Below are positions 28,360-37,800 of a stretch of 64,000 nt of DNA, in pieces (the first letter of the stretch is position 1; each line of letters opens with the position of its first letter). Position numbers and translations under genes: made by a program. The notes below the pieces were generated by a model, which had not been told where the DNA came from, did not search any database, and saw only the letters and a list, made by a program, of their open reading frames with translations. Source of the DNA: an uncultured Gammaproteobacteria bacterium. GTDB taxonomy: Bacteria > Patescibacteriota > Patescibacteriia > Magasanikbacterales > JBBTQS01. The DNA lies in assembly GCA_964627525.1 (NCBI GenBank), contig CAZVIA010000002.1:59262-123261 (forward strand). Reading direction: 5' to 3'.

Positions 28360-28388
28360 AGGCAAAATTTGCAAAGCAAATTTTGCCT
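28360..28388. repeat. REP-like palindrome, copy 3
   Basis: AGGCAAAATTTGC-AAA-GCAAATTTTGCCT. Confidence 0.8.
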
Positions 28389-28398
28389 ATTTAATATT

Positions 28399-29709
28399 TT
28401 ATAAAGACCAATAATCAATTCCTTGGTCTTTGAAATAATTTTTTGTAAAACAATTTCGCACATCCATAAATAATTTCGGCCCATCAGCAAACAAACTTTT
28501 AATCCACTCTTCTCCTGAATCTAAAAACTCTTTGTGTGAAGTTGCAAAAATAACCACATCAGCATTTTGACAATCATTTTTTTCACAAACTTTAATTCCG
28601 TATTCATGTTCCAACTCTTCTAAATCAGCATAAGGATCAAACACATCTACGTGTGCACCCATGTCTAATAAAATTTTGTACAACTCTGCTGCTTTTGAAT
28701 TGCGCACATCTGGAATATTTTCTTTAAAAGTCACACCTAACATCACAACTTTTGTGTCTGCAATATTTTTATTATTAGTATCTAAATAATTTTTTAATTC
28801 TTGAGCAACAAAATTTGGCATTGCGTCATTAATTTCACGCCCAGCTAAAATAACTTTTGGATCATAACCCAACTGCTTTGCACGATGAGTTAAATAATAT
28901 GGATCAACACCAATACAATGACCACCAACTAATCCTGGAGAAAACTTTAAAAAATTCCATTTTGTTCCAGCTGCCTCAATCACATCTTTTGTATCAATTC
29001 CCATTTTATGAAAAATCAAAGACAACTCATTCATAAACGCAATGTTTAAATCACGCTGTGCATTTTCAATAACTTTTGCAGCTTCAGCAACTTTGATTGA
29101 TGGAGCTTTATGTACACCTGCCAAACAAAAAGTTTTATAAACCTGTGCAATTTCTTCACAAGCTTCTGGAGTTGAACCTGAAACAATTTTTATAATTTTA
29201 TCAATTGTGTGTTCTTTGTCCCCTGGATTCACACGCTCTGGAGAATATCCAATCCAAAAATCCTGTGCATGCTTCATACCACTTGCCTGCTCAATCGCTG
29301 GAATGCAAGTTTCTTCAGTTGCCCCTGGATAAACAGTTGATTCATAAACCACAATTGAATCTTTTGAAATATGCTGACCAATCATTGTGCTAGCTTTTTC
29401 CAGCAAAGTGAGATCGGGTTTTTTGTTTTCATCAACAGGAGTTGGGATTGCCAAAATAAAAAACTTTGCTTGCTTTAAATCTTCTGGGTTTGATGTAAAT
29501 TGCGCTGTGGTTGCTTGTAAATCTGTATCACTTACCTCGCCTGTTGTATCTTGATTTTGTTTTAGTCTTTCAACTTTTTCTTTATTTATATCAAAACCTA
29601 TCACGTCAAATTTCTTTGCTATAAGAACGCAAAGTGGCAGGCCAACATATCCAAGACCAACTACTGCAATTTTTTCATTTTTTGATTGAAGTTGTTCAAA
29701 AGTGATCAT
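28399..29709 (-). CDS. UDP-N-acetylhexosamine C6 dehydrogenase (TviB/WbpO/WbpA-like)
   Basis: GLGYVGLP, ESTVYPG, YSPERVNPG, GGHCIGVDPYYL, FKENIPDVRNS; ATG 29709 preferred. Confidence 0.92.
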   Translation of the reverse strand: MITFEQLQSKNEKIAVVGLGYVGLPLCVLIAKKFDVIGFDINKEKVERLKQNQDTTGEVSDTDLQATTAQFTSNPEDLKQAKFFILAIPTPVDENKKPDLTLLEKASTMIGQHISKDSIVVYESTVYPGATEETCIPAIEQASGMKHAQDFWIGYSPERVNPGDKEHTIDKIIKIVSGSTPEACEEIAQVYKTFCLAGVHKAPSIKVAEAAKVIENAQRDLNIAFMNELSLIFHKMGIDTKDVIEAAGTKWNFLKFSPGLVGGHCIGVDPYYLTHRAKQLGYDPKVILAGREINDAMPNFVAQELKNYLDTNNKNIADTKVVMLGVTFKENIPDVRNSKAAELYKILLDMGAHVDVFDPYADLEELEHEYGIKVCEKNDCQNADVVIFATSHKEFLDSGEEWIKSLFADGPKLFMDVRNCFTKNYFKDQGIDYWSL

Positions 29710-29786
29710 ATTTTTGTAATTGTGTAACAACATTAGAGTACTATTTTTGGGATTTTTAGGCAAGGTTTTTTAATTGATTTATTGGG

Positions 29787-29897
29787 TTGACTTATTTAGA
29801 TGGATTTGATAAGGTGATCGGTCATGTGGTTGATAACTCCAGTATCTATTATGGCTGTTCTACAACCACATGACACAACCCTTGCTGAAGAGGAGGT
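29787..29897 (+). promoter_or_regulatory. Promoter + structured 5' leader + SD of unit E (repeat copy 1)
   Basis: TTGACT-17-TAAGGT; GTCATGTGG-N36-CCACATGAC stem (29821-29874); AGGAGGT (29891-29897). Confidence 0.8.
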
Positions 29898-29903
29898 GCT
29901 ACC

Positions 29904-30875
29904 ATGGCGCAAGTTCCTGTTGTGATGTTTCATCGAGTTGGAGATCAACAATACATGCATCATCGTGGTTTGAGACTTTCTGGAGAACACTGTCCTTTGA
30001 AAATGTTTATAAGAACCATGGAATACATCCGAGGAAATGGTTTGAATGTTATTTCGCTTTATGAATTGGTTACAAAATTGTGTTGCCAACAACTACTTCC
30101 TCCAAACAGTGTTGTACTTACTTTTGATGATGGCACTCGTGACCACTTGAAAATTGTATTGCCTATTCTTGAACAATGTGGTTTTCCAGCAACTTTTTTT
30201 GTGATGTCAGGGCCTCCTGTTTTTGGGAAAATTCCACCCACTTTTCAACTTCAGCTTATTACTGGAGATGTACACTGGGTTAAGGAGCATGGCTTGAGTT
30301 CACTTCTTGGTGCACTTGAAGAACAAAATGACCAAGAATTCACTGATTGGTGTGCCAGTGGTGCTGGAGTACCAGAAGAAAGATATATTGGTGAAGCTAG
30401 TGAAACCATTCGTAGGATAAAATACTTAATTAACTATCTTTTGCCTGCTGAACTCAAGCAAGTGATTGTGGACGCAATGTTCAAAGCAAGATTTCCAGAT
30501 ATGGATATGGAAGATGTCTGCAAACTGATGTTCTTGAGTAAAGAAGAAATTCACGAGCTTGCAGCACATAATCTGATTGACATTGGTTTTCACACAAGAA
30601 ATCACTTTAACTTAGCAACTATCGAAGATCCAAGTGTAGCTCGCACAGAGATTGTTGGAGCTTGCAGTGACCTAGGACTTGTTGGTGATTTAGCTCCCAA
30701 GCTTTTTGCCTATCCTTCTGGAGGAAAGCTGGGATATAACCTGCACCATGTAGGTATGGCACGCGCTGCATACCAGGGCGCAGTTGTGACTTGGGATCAA
30801 AAGACGTTGTGTAGTGACACCAGTAATGAATTTGAGATTCCGCGTGTGCATGAGAAGTTTTTTCCAACTAGCTAA
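29904..30875 (+). CDS. Polysaccharide deacetylase (NodB/CE4) family protein (unit E)
   Basis: PVVMFHRV, VLTFDDG, ATFFV, GFHTRNH, FAYPSG, FEIPR. Confidence 0.9.
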   Translation: MAQVPVVMFHRVGDQQYMHHRGLRLSGEHCPLKMFIRTMEYIRGNGLNVISLYELVTKLCCQQLLPPNSVVLTFDDGTRDHLKIVLPILEQCGFPATFFVMSGPPVFGKIPPTFQLQLITGDVHWVKEHGLSSLLGALEEQNDQEFTDWCASGAGVPEERYIGEASETIRRIKYLINYLLPAELKQVIVDAMFKARFPDMDMEDVCKLMFLSKEEIHELAAHNLIDIGFHTRNHFNLATIEDPSVARTEIVGACSDLGLVGDLAPKLFAYPSGGKLGYNLHHVGMARAAYQGAVVTWDQKTLCSDTSNEFEIPRVHEKFFPTS

Positions 30876-30914
30876 ACATTATGTTATGTGGTGATAAACC
30901 ACGACTTAAAAGGT

Positions 30915-31003
30915 TGGTGTGATACCCAGTAGCTACACTAAGAGTTACATTCACACACCCAACGGGCTGGCCCAACAACTGGCCCGTTGTTTTTTTACTA
31001 AAA
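30915..31003 (+). terminator. Conserved 3' trailer + intrinsic terminator of unit E (repeat copy 1)
   Basis: TGGTGTGATA-N27-CACAC, then CAACGGGCTGG-CCCAACAA-CTGGCCCGTTG-T7-ACTAAAA. Confidence 0.85.
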
Positions 31004-31011
31004 TTACATAT

Positions 31012-31119
31012 TTGACAATTTTAAATAGGTTTGATAAGGTAATTTGTCATGTGGCTAATAGCCTGTGATTTTATTACGCGAACAGTACAGCCACATGACA
31101 ACCACTAGGCAAAGGGAGG
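31012..31119 (+). promoter_or_regulatory. Promoter + structured 5' leader + SD of unit F (repeat copy 2)
   Basis: TTGACA-17-TAAGGT; GTCATGTGG-N36-CCACATGAC stem (31046-31099); GGGAGG (31114-31119). Confidence 0.8.
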
Positions 31120-31125
31120 ATTCTG

Positions 31126-32220
31126 ATGTCAGAAAAGACTCTTGATCTTTCACAATCTAATCAGCAATTGGCAACAGCTTGCTTGATTGAGCCAGCTCTA
31201 AATGAGCCTGATAAGTTGGACATGACACTACTTGCTCAAGTGCTTTTGTATAATCGCAAGAATCGTGATCCTAAGCGGTATGCTGATATTTGTGAACTTG
31301 CAGCAAATGAACTTCAACCAAGAGAGAGGGGTGAGAAAACCACTCATATTGCTCACATTCACCTACTTTTGCAAGTTGTGAATGGTTTGAGAAGACAAGC
31401 CGGACTTTGGGACTTAGAACCAGCACTTTCAACTCTTAGGATGGCATCAACAGTTGATACATTTACTACTTTTAAAGGTATTGAAGTAGTCAAGCTACAA
31501 ATAGAAATTCAGCGACAAACTGCAATGATTTATAGATTGAGGGGTAATTACGAAAGAGCCTATCTTAATCACAAAAGTGCTTCTAGACTAGCTAGGCTGA
31601 ATAAATTATTTGCTGGAGCTACTGTTTTTGACTTTTGTGCTGATGTAGATAGTGCAAATCTAGCTTTGTGTGATGGTGATGAAGTTGTTGTGAAAAAGAA
31701 CCTTGGTATACTTTTGGATTCGTATCACACACTGTTTCTTCCAAAGTTTAATGGAGATGAACAAGTTGAATACTGGCGTGTAGCTAATGCACCTATTCAC
31801 GTGCTATGGGCTCACTTTCTAGCAGGTAAATCACTTGTGGAAATGGGTGAAGGAAAAACCAGTGGAATTGTAGAATTCAAAGAGTATACTGAGATGGGCT
31901 TCTACCTTTTGCAAGATTTTCCTCTAAAACCTATTGCTGAAAGATTCACACATTGGCTTGATATACTTCAAATCATGTGGTGGTTGCGCATTTTGAAAAT
32001 CTATGAACCTCTAGCAAAATCACATGCCTTTCAACTTGTCGATGACAACAGACACCCTGATGTAGTTGCAACTGCCCTACTAATGCTGGCAGAAATTGCC
32101 ACCAAGAACCGCAGACTAGCTGATGCAACAAAGTATTTGAATGACATTATTGAGCTTGAAAGCCATAGTGCGCACGTGGTACGTGCAATTGCCAAGCGCA
32201 GATTGGAAGGTCTTGCATGA
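31126..32220 (+). CDS. Hypothetical all-helical, possibly TPR-like protein (unit F)
   Basis: 364-aa ORF with strong SD; AMIYRLRGNYERA and LAEIA..NRRLADATKYL resemble TPR helices. Confidence 0.8.
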   Translation: MSEKTLDLSQSNQQLATACLIEPALNEPDKLDMTLLAQVLLYNRKNRDPKRYADICELAANELQPRERGEKTTHIAHIHLLLQVVNGLRRQAGLWDLEPALSTLRMASTVDTFTTFKGIEVVKLQIEIQRQTAMIYRLRGNYERAYLNHKSASRLARLNKLFAGATVFDFCADVDSANLALCDGDEVVVKKNLGILLDSYHTLFLPKFNGDEQVEYWRVANAPIHVLWAHFLAGKSLVEMGEGKTSGIVEFKEYTEMGFYLLQDFPLKPIAERFTHWLDILQIMWWLRILKIYEPLAKSHAFQLVDDNRHPDVVATALLMLAEIATKNRRLADATKYLNDIIELESHSAHVVRAIAKRRLEGLA

Positions 32221-32223
32221 TAA

Positions 32224-32318
32224 TGGTGTGATATTCTTTCTTTAAAATAAAGATGAACTCCACACCACACACCCCAACGGGCCGGCTCAACAACTGGCCC
32301 GTTGTTTTTTTACTAAAA
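32224..32318 (+). terminator. Conserved 3' trailer + intrinsic terminator of unit F (repeat copy 2)
   Basis: TGGTGTGATA-N27-CACAC, then CAACGGGCCGG-CTCAACAA-CTGGCCCGTTG-T7-ACTAAAA; 42/44 identical to 30960-31003. Confidence 0.85.
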
Positions 32319-32372
32319 AAAAGGTAGCATTTAAACATAGATTGCGTCTAAATATAAACGCAGAAAATTTTT

Positions 32373-33614
32373 ATGAGAGAAAAATTAAAACAAGTTTTGC
32401 TTTGGAGTCAAAAATATACAAAAACTGATATGTTGTATTTGGCGCAAGGTGGATTTTGGTTAACACTTGGAAAAACCAGTGTAATTGCAAGTGCGTTTTT
32501 GTTGTCTATTGCTTTTGCAAATCTGTTGCCAAAAGAAGTTTACGGAACTTATCAATATGTTTTATCTATTATTGGCTTATTAACTGTTACAACTTTAATT
32601 GAATTAAACACCTCCTTAATGCGATCTGTTGCTCGTGGTTTTGAAGGAGAATTTTTTCCAGCTTTGTATACACGCATGAAATTTGGTGTGTTGGGTGGAT
32701 TGGCTTCACTTGGTTTAGGTGGATATTATTTTTTCCAAGGAAATAATACTTTGGGTGTGGCATTTGCTATGGCTGCGTTTTTCATTCCAATTATGGAACC
32801 TGTTGGAATGTTTGGTGATGTACTAAAAGGCAAAAAAATGTTCAGGCTGTCTGCAAAAATGCAGATGATTTCTCGCTCGCTTTCTTTTGTTGCAATGGGA
32901 ACAACATTATTTTTTACAAATAATATTTTTGTAGTGTTGCTAGCTTACTTTATTCCACGATTGTTGATTAGGTTTTTTTCACACTTGTACATTATTATTA
33001 AAGTACAAATGAATAAAAAACGTAATAATGAAACTTTAATTTATGGAAAACAATTAAGCGTGCTATCTGTTTTACAAACTTTTGCAGCACAGCTAGATAA
33101 GATTTTGGTTTTCCATTATTTAGGTGCAGCTGAGTTAGCTGTTTATTATTTTGCAATTGCGCCTGAGGGTCAAATAAAAACTTTGTTTTCATCTTTAAAA
33201 ACCCTAGCTTTTCCAAAATTTAGTAACATGGACAAAGAATTAATTAAAGCAAGTTTACCACGCAAAATTTTGCAATTTCAGTTGATGATAATTTTGCCAA
33301 TTGTTGTGATTTATATTATTGCCGCACCTTTTGTTTTTGAATGGCTGTTCCCACAATACATGGATGCTGTTCCATTTTCACAAATTGCAATTTTAATGTT
33401 GTTATTTTTTCCCAAAGGCTTGCTATCTTCAGCTTTGGTTGCGCAGAAAAAAACAAAAATGCTTTATTTTCTTAAAACATTGTCCCCTGTTGTGCGATCA
33501 TTGATTTTATTGGGAGCTGTTTATTTTTACGGATTAAATGGAATTGTAGTTGGGTTAGTTGTAAATGGTGCAATTATTTATACTTTGTACTTTGCGTTTT
33601 TCAAAAAAATGTAG
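32373..33614 (+). CDS. wzx: Oligosaccharide flippase (Wzx family)
   Basis: Many TM segments; LLPKEVYGTY and QLDKILVFHYLGAAELAVY patterns. Confidence 0.85.
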   Translation: MREKLKQVLLWSQKYTKTDMLYLAQGGFWLTLGKTSVIASAFLLSIAFANLLPKEVYGTYQYVLSIIGLLTVTTLIELNTSLMRSVARGFEGEFFPALYTRMKFGVLGGLASLGLGGYYFFQGNNTLGVAFAMAAFFIPIMEPVGMFGDVLKGKKMFRLSAKMQMISRSLSFVAMGTTLFFTNNIFVVLLAYFIPRLLIRFFSHLYIIIKVQMNKKRNNETLIYGKQLSVLSVLQTFAAQLDKILVFHYLGAAELAVYYFAIAPEGQIKTLFSSLKTLAFPKFSNMDKELIKASLPRKILQFQLMIILPIVVIYIIAAPFVFEWLFPQYMDAVPFSQIAILMLLFFPKGLLSSALVAQKKTKMLYFLKTLSPVVRSLILLGAVYFYGLNGIVVGLVVNGAIIYTLYFAFFKKM

Positions 33615-33627
33615 TTGATTGTTTTGT

Positions 33628-33657
33628 GGGCAAAATTTGGCAAAGCAAATTTTGCCC
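33628..33657. repeat. REP-like palindrome, copy 4
   Basis: GGGCAAAATTTG-GCAAAG-CAAATTTTGCCC. Confidence 0.8.
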
Positions 33658-33661
33658 TATT

Positions 33662-33689
33662 AAAAAACCCCTGCTTGCGCAGGGGTTTT
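33662..33689. terminator. Bidirectional intrinsic terminator
   Basis: AAAAAACCCCTGC-TTGC-GCAGGGGTTTTT between convergent genes. Confidence 0.8.
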
Positions 33690-33693
33690 AAAT

Positions 33694-34506
33694 TTACAAA
33701 TCATCTCTGCCAATCAAGTGCTTTTTTGGATAAACCCAAAACCCAAGCCAAAGTGTCAAAAGCAACCCAAACACAATATGAAATCCATACAAATAAAAAG
33801 CAATCTGTTGATCAAAATACATCACAATTACTACAAGCACATACCAAAAAATAGTTATACTATGAACCATGCTTACTAAATAAAATAAAAGTCGGCTAAA
33901 AATATTTTTTGGAAGCGCAAAACTTTTTCTTTTTTCTGGAAGATTATGTTGATGCTCTACCATTTTTTTAATTTTCTTTACAATACTAATTCGCATTAAA
34001 TCAAAAGATCTAAAATGCATTGTTGTAATTGCCAACAAAAGTGTTAACACAAAAATAAATGGCTCAGAAAAAACATTAAAAAATTGAAAACCTACTGTGA
34101 AATAAAAAATGAATGGATAAAAAAAGTGGTAAGACTTATCATAATAAATTCCTTCTGCTGTAAATCTTTTTGTTGCTCGTGCAACTTCCCCATCCACTTG
34201 ATCTAAAATTGAAGTTAAATAAAGCAACCCTAACTGAATTAAGAAAAAGACCTCTACACTTAATTTTGTTTGTGGCAAAAAGTTTAAAAACAAAACCACC
34301 AAAAGCAAAAGCACACTAAACCCAGTAACATGATTTGGTCTTATTTTTGGAAAAATTTTTACCAAAACCCAAGTCAACAAAACAGAAAGATTGCGTTGCC
34401 ACCTATAAAGTCTGTCAATTTTCATTCGCTCAAGTTTTGAGGAATGTGCTTGTTGTTTAAATTCTGAAAATCCCATATTAATATTCATACCCATATCTGT
34501 ATTCAT
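33694..34506 (-). CDS. CDP-alcohol phosphatidyltransferase family protein in the glycan operon
   Basis: IRPNHVT and LDQVDGEVARA...GIYYD signature. Confidence 0.85.
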   Translation of the reverse strand: MNTDMGMNINMGFSEFKQQAHSSKLERMKIDRLYRWQRNLSVLLTWVLVKIFPKIRPNHVTGFSVLLLLVVLFLNFLPQTKLSVEVFFLIQLGLLYLTSILDQVDGEVARATKRFTAEGIYYDKSYHFFYPFIFYFTVGFQFFNVFSEPFIFVLTLLLAITTMHFRSFDLMRISIVKKIKKMVEHQHNLPEKRKSFALPKNIFSRLLFYLVSMVHSITIFWYVLVVIVMYFDQQIAFYLYGFHIVFGLLLTLWLGFWVYPKKHLIGRDDL

Positions 34507-34507
34507 T

Positions 34508-35194
34508 TTATAACAAATCTTTTGCTTCAGGCCCCACATTACAAATCAAATCAATTATTGCCAAACCTTTTTCAAAATCACCGTACAACTGTGAATATGT
34601 TGGATGATCATAGTGTTGATATTCAATTTCAATCTTAGCTTCATCAAATAATTCTGTTTTTAAATATTTACTACCAGAAGGTCCGGACAAATATTTTGTT
34701 GCATCCAACTCTTTGCAAACAACTAACAGCCATTCTGTTGATTTTAATTCGTGGTCAATATTCATTTCTGACTCTAAAACTAATCTTGCTTTTATTTCTA
34801 AATACTCACAAACATATTTTATAAAAGCCAAATTAAATTGTGCCAAAGTTTTTAAGTTTTTAACGTCCTCTGTATAATATTTTTCAAAAAAATCTTTGTG
34901 GTCTTTCCAAAAAGGTGTTTTAGAATAATTCATTTCAATTGCACGCAGATGTTTTTTTGCCCAAGAAGTATCCAAAGGCATTGCAACATCTTTCATTGGT
35001 TTAAATTGCTCTTTGCGCGAAACTGGAATTGTTAAATAAACCCAACCTTGCGATGTTTTAATCCTGTTACGATTATGAAAACCATTTCTTGAATAAGTTG
35101 CGCCATCAAAAAAAACAAACACATCAGAGCGTTTGATTTTATCAAAATAACCCATCCACGGAAGATAATCTGGTTGATGAATTGAGATTAGCAT
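34508..35194 (-). CDS. WbqC-like protein
   Basis: IHQPDYLPWMGYFDK, NRNRIKT, YLSGPSG..YL, IIDLI.N.GP. Confidence 0.92.
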   Translation of the reverse strand: MLISIHQPDYLPWMGYFDKIKRSDVFVFFDGATYSRNGFHNRNRIKTSQGWVYLTIPVSRKEQFKPMKDVAMPLDTSWAKKHLRAIEMNYSKTPFWKDHKDFFEKYYTEDVKNLKTLAQFNLAFIKYVCEYLEIKARLVLESEMNIDHELKSTEWLLVVCKELDATKYLSGPSGSKYLKTELFDEAKIEIEYQHYDHPTYSQLYGDFEKGLAIIDLICNVGPEAKDLL

Positions 35195-35234
35195 AGTTTT
35201 TATTTATGCTTTTATTTTAGTCTATAACGAAAAT

Positions 35235-35876
35235 TTAGTCTATAATGCGAACAATTTCAAATGCTTCAGCCAAAGGCAATCCAACCTCAACACCTCTTGT
35301 AAAAGCCCAACTACGTAAATATTTTTCTGAAAGATAAGTGCGCTGTGTATCTGTCTGACTTTTATAAGTTTGAACAGCTTTGATTTTATTTTGTAAATTT
35401 TTTTCTGAAATCTCACTATAAAAATTCACATGTTTGTTTAGACGATTCCAATCAAAAGCATAAGCAATCAAATTACAATCCTTAAAAGCACGCAAACTTT
35501 CTTGCGCAACTGTTGCATGATCTTGATGCATATCATTTAAAGCACCAGTGATCACCAAATCTGGTTGAATTTGTTTTTTATATTTCCAAATTGTATCCAA
35601 AATTTGCTGACGCTGTTCTGGAAAAGTTCTGTTTTCAAAATGTTCAATAAAAACTTTATCCGCCGGAATTCCCAAAATCTTTGCACTTTCCATTGCCTCC
35701 ATAACAATATGCTCGCGCGGATATTGTTCCGCCTTTCCTTTATTATTAACTGAAAGCGCCAAACTATAAACATCCTTACCTTCTGAAACAAGCTTATCTA
35801 TTGTCGCACCACAACCAAGCTCCATATCATCTGCATGAGCACTAATTACTAAAATTTTGTTTGCCTTTTCAAACAT
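35235..35876 (-). CDS. PIG-L family deacetylase
   Basis: AHADDMELGCG, DMHQDH, YKSQ, AEAF. Confidence 0.9.
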   Translation of the reverse strand: MFEKANKILVISAHADDMELGCGATIDKLVSEGKDVYSLALSVNNKGKAEQYPREHIVMEAMESAKILGIPADKVFIEHFENRTFPEQRQQILDTIWKYKKQIQPDLVITGALNDMHQDHATVAQESLRAFKDCNLIAYAFDWNRLNKHVNFYSEISEKNLQNKIKAVQTYKSQTDTQRTYLSEKYLRSWAFTRGVEVGLPLAEAFEIVRIID

Positions 35877-35889
35877 AAATTAAATCCTA

Positions 35890-37065
35890 TCACTTTTGTT
35901 TGGTTGTGTCAAGTTCACTTGGTTCACTTCTCAAACCTAAAACTTGGATCAGCTCTTTGATTTTATTTTCAATTGAAAACTGATTTTTAATTTTTTCAAA
36001 ACCTTTTGCGCCTATTTTTTCTCGCAACTCTTTATTAGTCACAAGTTCATCTAAATATTGTGCAATTTGTTGTGGAGATTTTTTATCTACTAAAAATCCA
36101 TCTTGTTTATGATCAATCATTTCTGGAGCAGACCCAACTTTTGTTGAAATCACTGGCAAAGCAAAAGACATTGCTTCCAAAATAACATTTGGTGAACCTT
36201 CAGACACAGAAGCAAACACAAAAATTGATGAACACATATATTGTTCATCTAATTTCACTGAATCTAATCTCCCTAAAAACTCAACTTGATTTTCAATTCC
36301 TAATTCTTTAGTCTTATTTTTATAAAAATCCAAAAGATAACCAGCTCCAGCTAATTTAATTTTCAACTTCCCAACATATTCTTTATTTTGTTTTTTCAAA
36401 ATTGCCACAGCTTCAAACAAATCCTCATAAGCTTTCTCTCGCCAATTTAAAGAACCTACCATTAAAATTATTAAGTCTTGATGTTGTAATCTTTTTTTAA
36501 TTAAATCCCCTGCTTTAGATTGATCAATTTTCATTTCAACACCATTTACCAAAACATCCATTTTATTTTTTTGAGTTGGCTGTATTTCTTCAGCAAATTT
36601 TTTCATTTCTTGAGAAACCAAAATAATTTTTTCAGAAAATCTATTTAAGATCTTATCTAGAAATTTAAACTTTTTTGATTTAAAAGTTGGCTTACCTTTT
36701 TTATCTACAAAAGATGTACCAGATTCTCTAATATATATTTTCACTTTAGGAACAAACAACTTCACAATTCTAGCAACAATATTTGATAATTCTAAAGTAG
36801 AATATATAACCTTAATATTGTTTTTCTTGATTATCTTCCTTAATTTTAGGTAAATTCTAGGATTTAACCAGTGTTTTAAATTTAAATTAAATTGATTTGC
36901 TTTGGGGATTTGCAACTCACCCAAATACCCATCTTGCTTGGTATTTGTAAGAGAAGTGAAAAAAACACCTTCATGTATTTTATATAAAGAATTCATTTGC
37001 AACAAAAACTGGCGTTCTGCACCACCTCTATTCAAATTATTAATTAAAAAAATTACGTTTTTCAT
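35890..37065 (-). CDS. Glycosyltransferase family 4
   Basis: GGAERQ, SEGSPNVILEAM; ATG 37065 preferred. Confidence 0.9.
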   Translation of the reverse strand: MKNVIFLINNLNRGGAERQFLLQMNSLYKIHEGVFFTSLTNTKQDGYLGELQIPKANQFNLNLKHWLNPRIYLKLRKIIKKNNIKVIYSTLELSNIVARIVKLFVPKVKIYIRESGTSFVDKKGKPTFKSKKFKFLDKILNRFSEKIILVSQEMKKFAEEIQPTQKNKMDVLVNGVEMKIDQSKAGDLIKKRLQHQDLIILMVGSLNWREKAYEDLFEAVAILKKQNKEYVGKLKIKLAGAGYLLDFYKNKTKELGIENQVEFLGRLDSVKLDEQYMCSSIFVFASVSEGSPNVILEAMSFALPVISTKVGSAPEMIDHKQDGFLVDKKSPQQIAQYLDELVTNKELREKIGAKGFEKIKNQFSIENKIKELIQVLGLRSEPSELDTTKQK

Positions 37066-37075
37066 TTTGCGTTTT

Positions 37076-37783
37076 TCATTTTTTCTTACAAATATACATT
37101 GGCCAACGTTCAAAAAAAGCAGTCCATAATTTAGAATGTTTTTTCTTTGTATTAGAACCAACCTCTATAACTTTAAAACCACAATCATAAATAAATTTTT
37201 CTTCACTCCAAATATTATTAAATGCATAATACAACTCTCCATTCTTATGATGTTCTGTACGAACATGATATCCAAAATGAAACTTCAAAATATTTTTCCA
37301 AAAATCTAAAAAGTTTCTTTTAGTTCTTGGCAAAGCAATACTATTATGATGTGTATACATAAACACACCTTCATCTTTCAAAACCCTACACGCTTGTTTA
37401 AGCACTTCAGCTCTTTTGCTTCTTGGATGAACACAATCAATTCCTTGATTTGGAAACATCACTACATCAAAAATTTTATCTTGAAAACTTAATTCAGCAG
37501 CGTTCATTAATCTTAAATCTAAATCTGGATGACGTTCGCGACCTCTTTGCAAAAAAGCTTCAACCATATCAACCCCAACCACAATCGCACCACGATCTTT
37601 TACAAATCTTGTTGAGCGACCAACCCCACAACCCAAATCCAAAACTTTCATTCCAGGTTTAATATATTTTTCAAAAAAATATTCCTCAGACGCGCGAATA
37701 TAATCTGTATCATAGACATCCACTGCTTTTTTATCTGAATAAGTTGTTTTGTTTACATTTTCTAAATCCTTATTTAAATCCAT
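37076..37783 (-). CDS. Class I SAM-dependent methyltransferase
   Basis: VLDLGCGVGR, RVLKDEG. Confidence 0.88.
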   Translation of the reverse strand: MDLNKDLENVNKTTYSDKKAVDVYDTDYIRASEEYFFEKYIKPGMKVLDLGCGVGRSTRFVKDRGAIVVGVDMVEAFLQRGRERHPDLDLRLMNAAELSFQDKIFDVVMFPNQGIDCVHPRSKRAEVLKQACRVLKDEGVFMYTHHNSIALPRTKRNFLDFWKNILKFHFGYHVRTEHHKNGELYYAFNNIWSEEKFIYDCGFKVIEVGSNTKKKHSKLWTAFFERWPMYICKKK

Positions 37784-37800
37784 ATTAATTTAAATTTCTA

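Noticed and set aside
28095-28490. 131-aa minus-strand ORF
   Set aside because: It runs through a palindrome, a terminator and another gene's end, and is antisense to the better-supported SD-led peptide unit
30957-30992. Integron attC site (ACCCAAC...GTTGTTT) after unit E, with a similar site after unit F
   Set aside because: Only ~36 bp, shorter than known attC sites; the right end is not GTTRRRY; the T-run fits an intrinsic terminator; no integrase is seen
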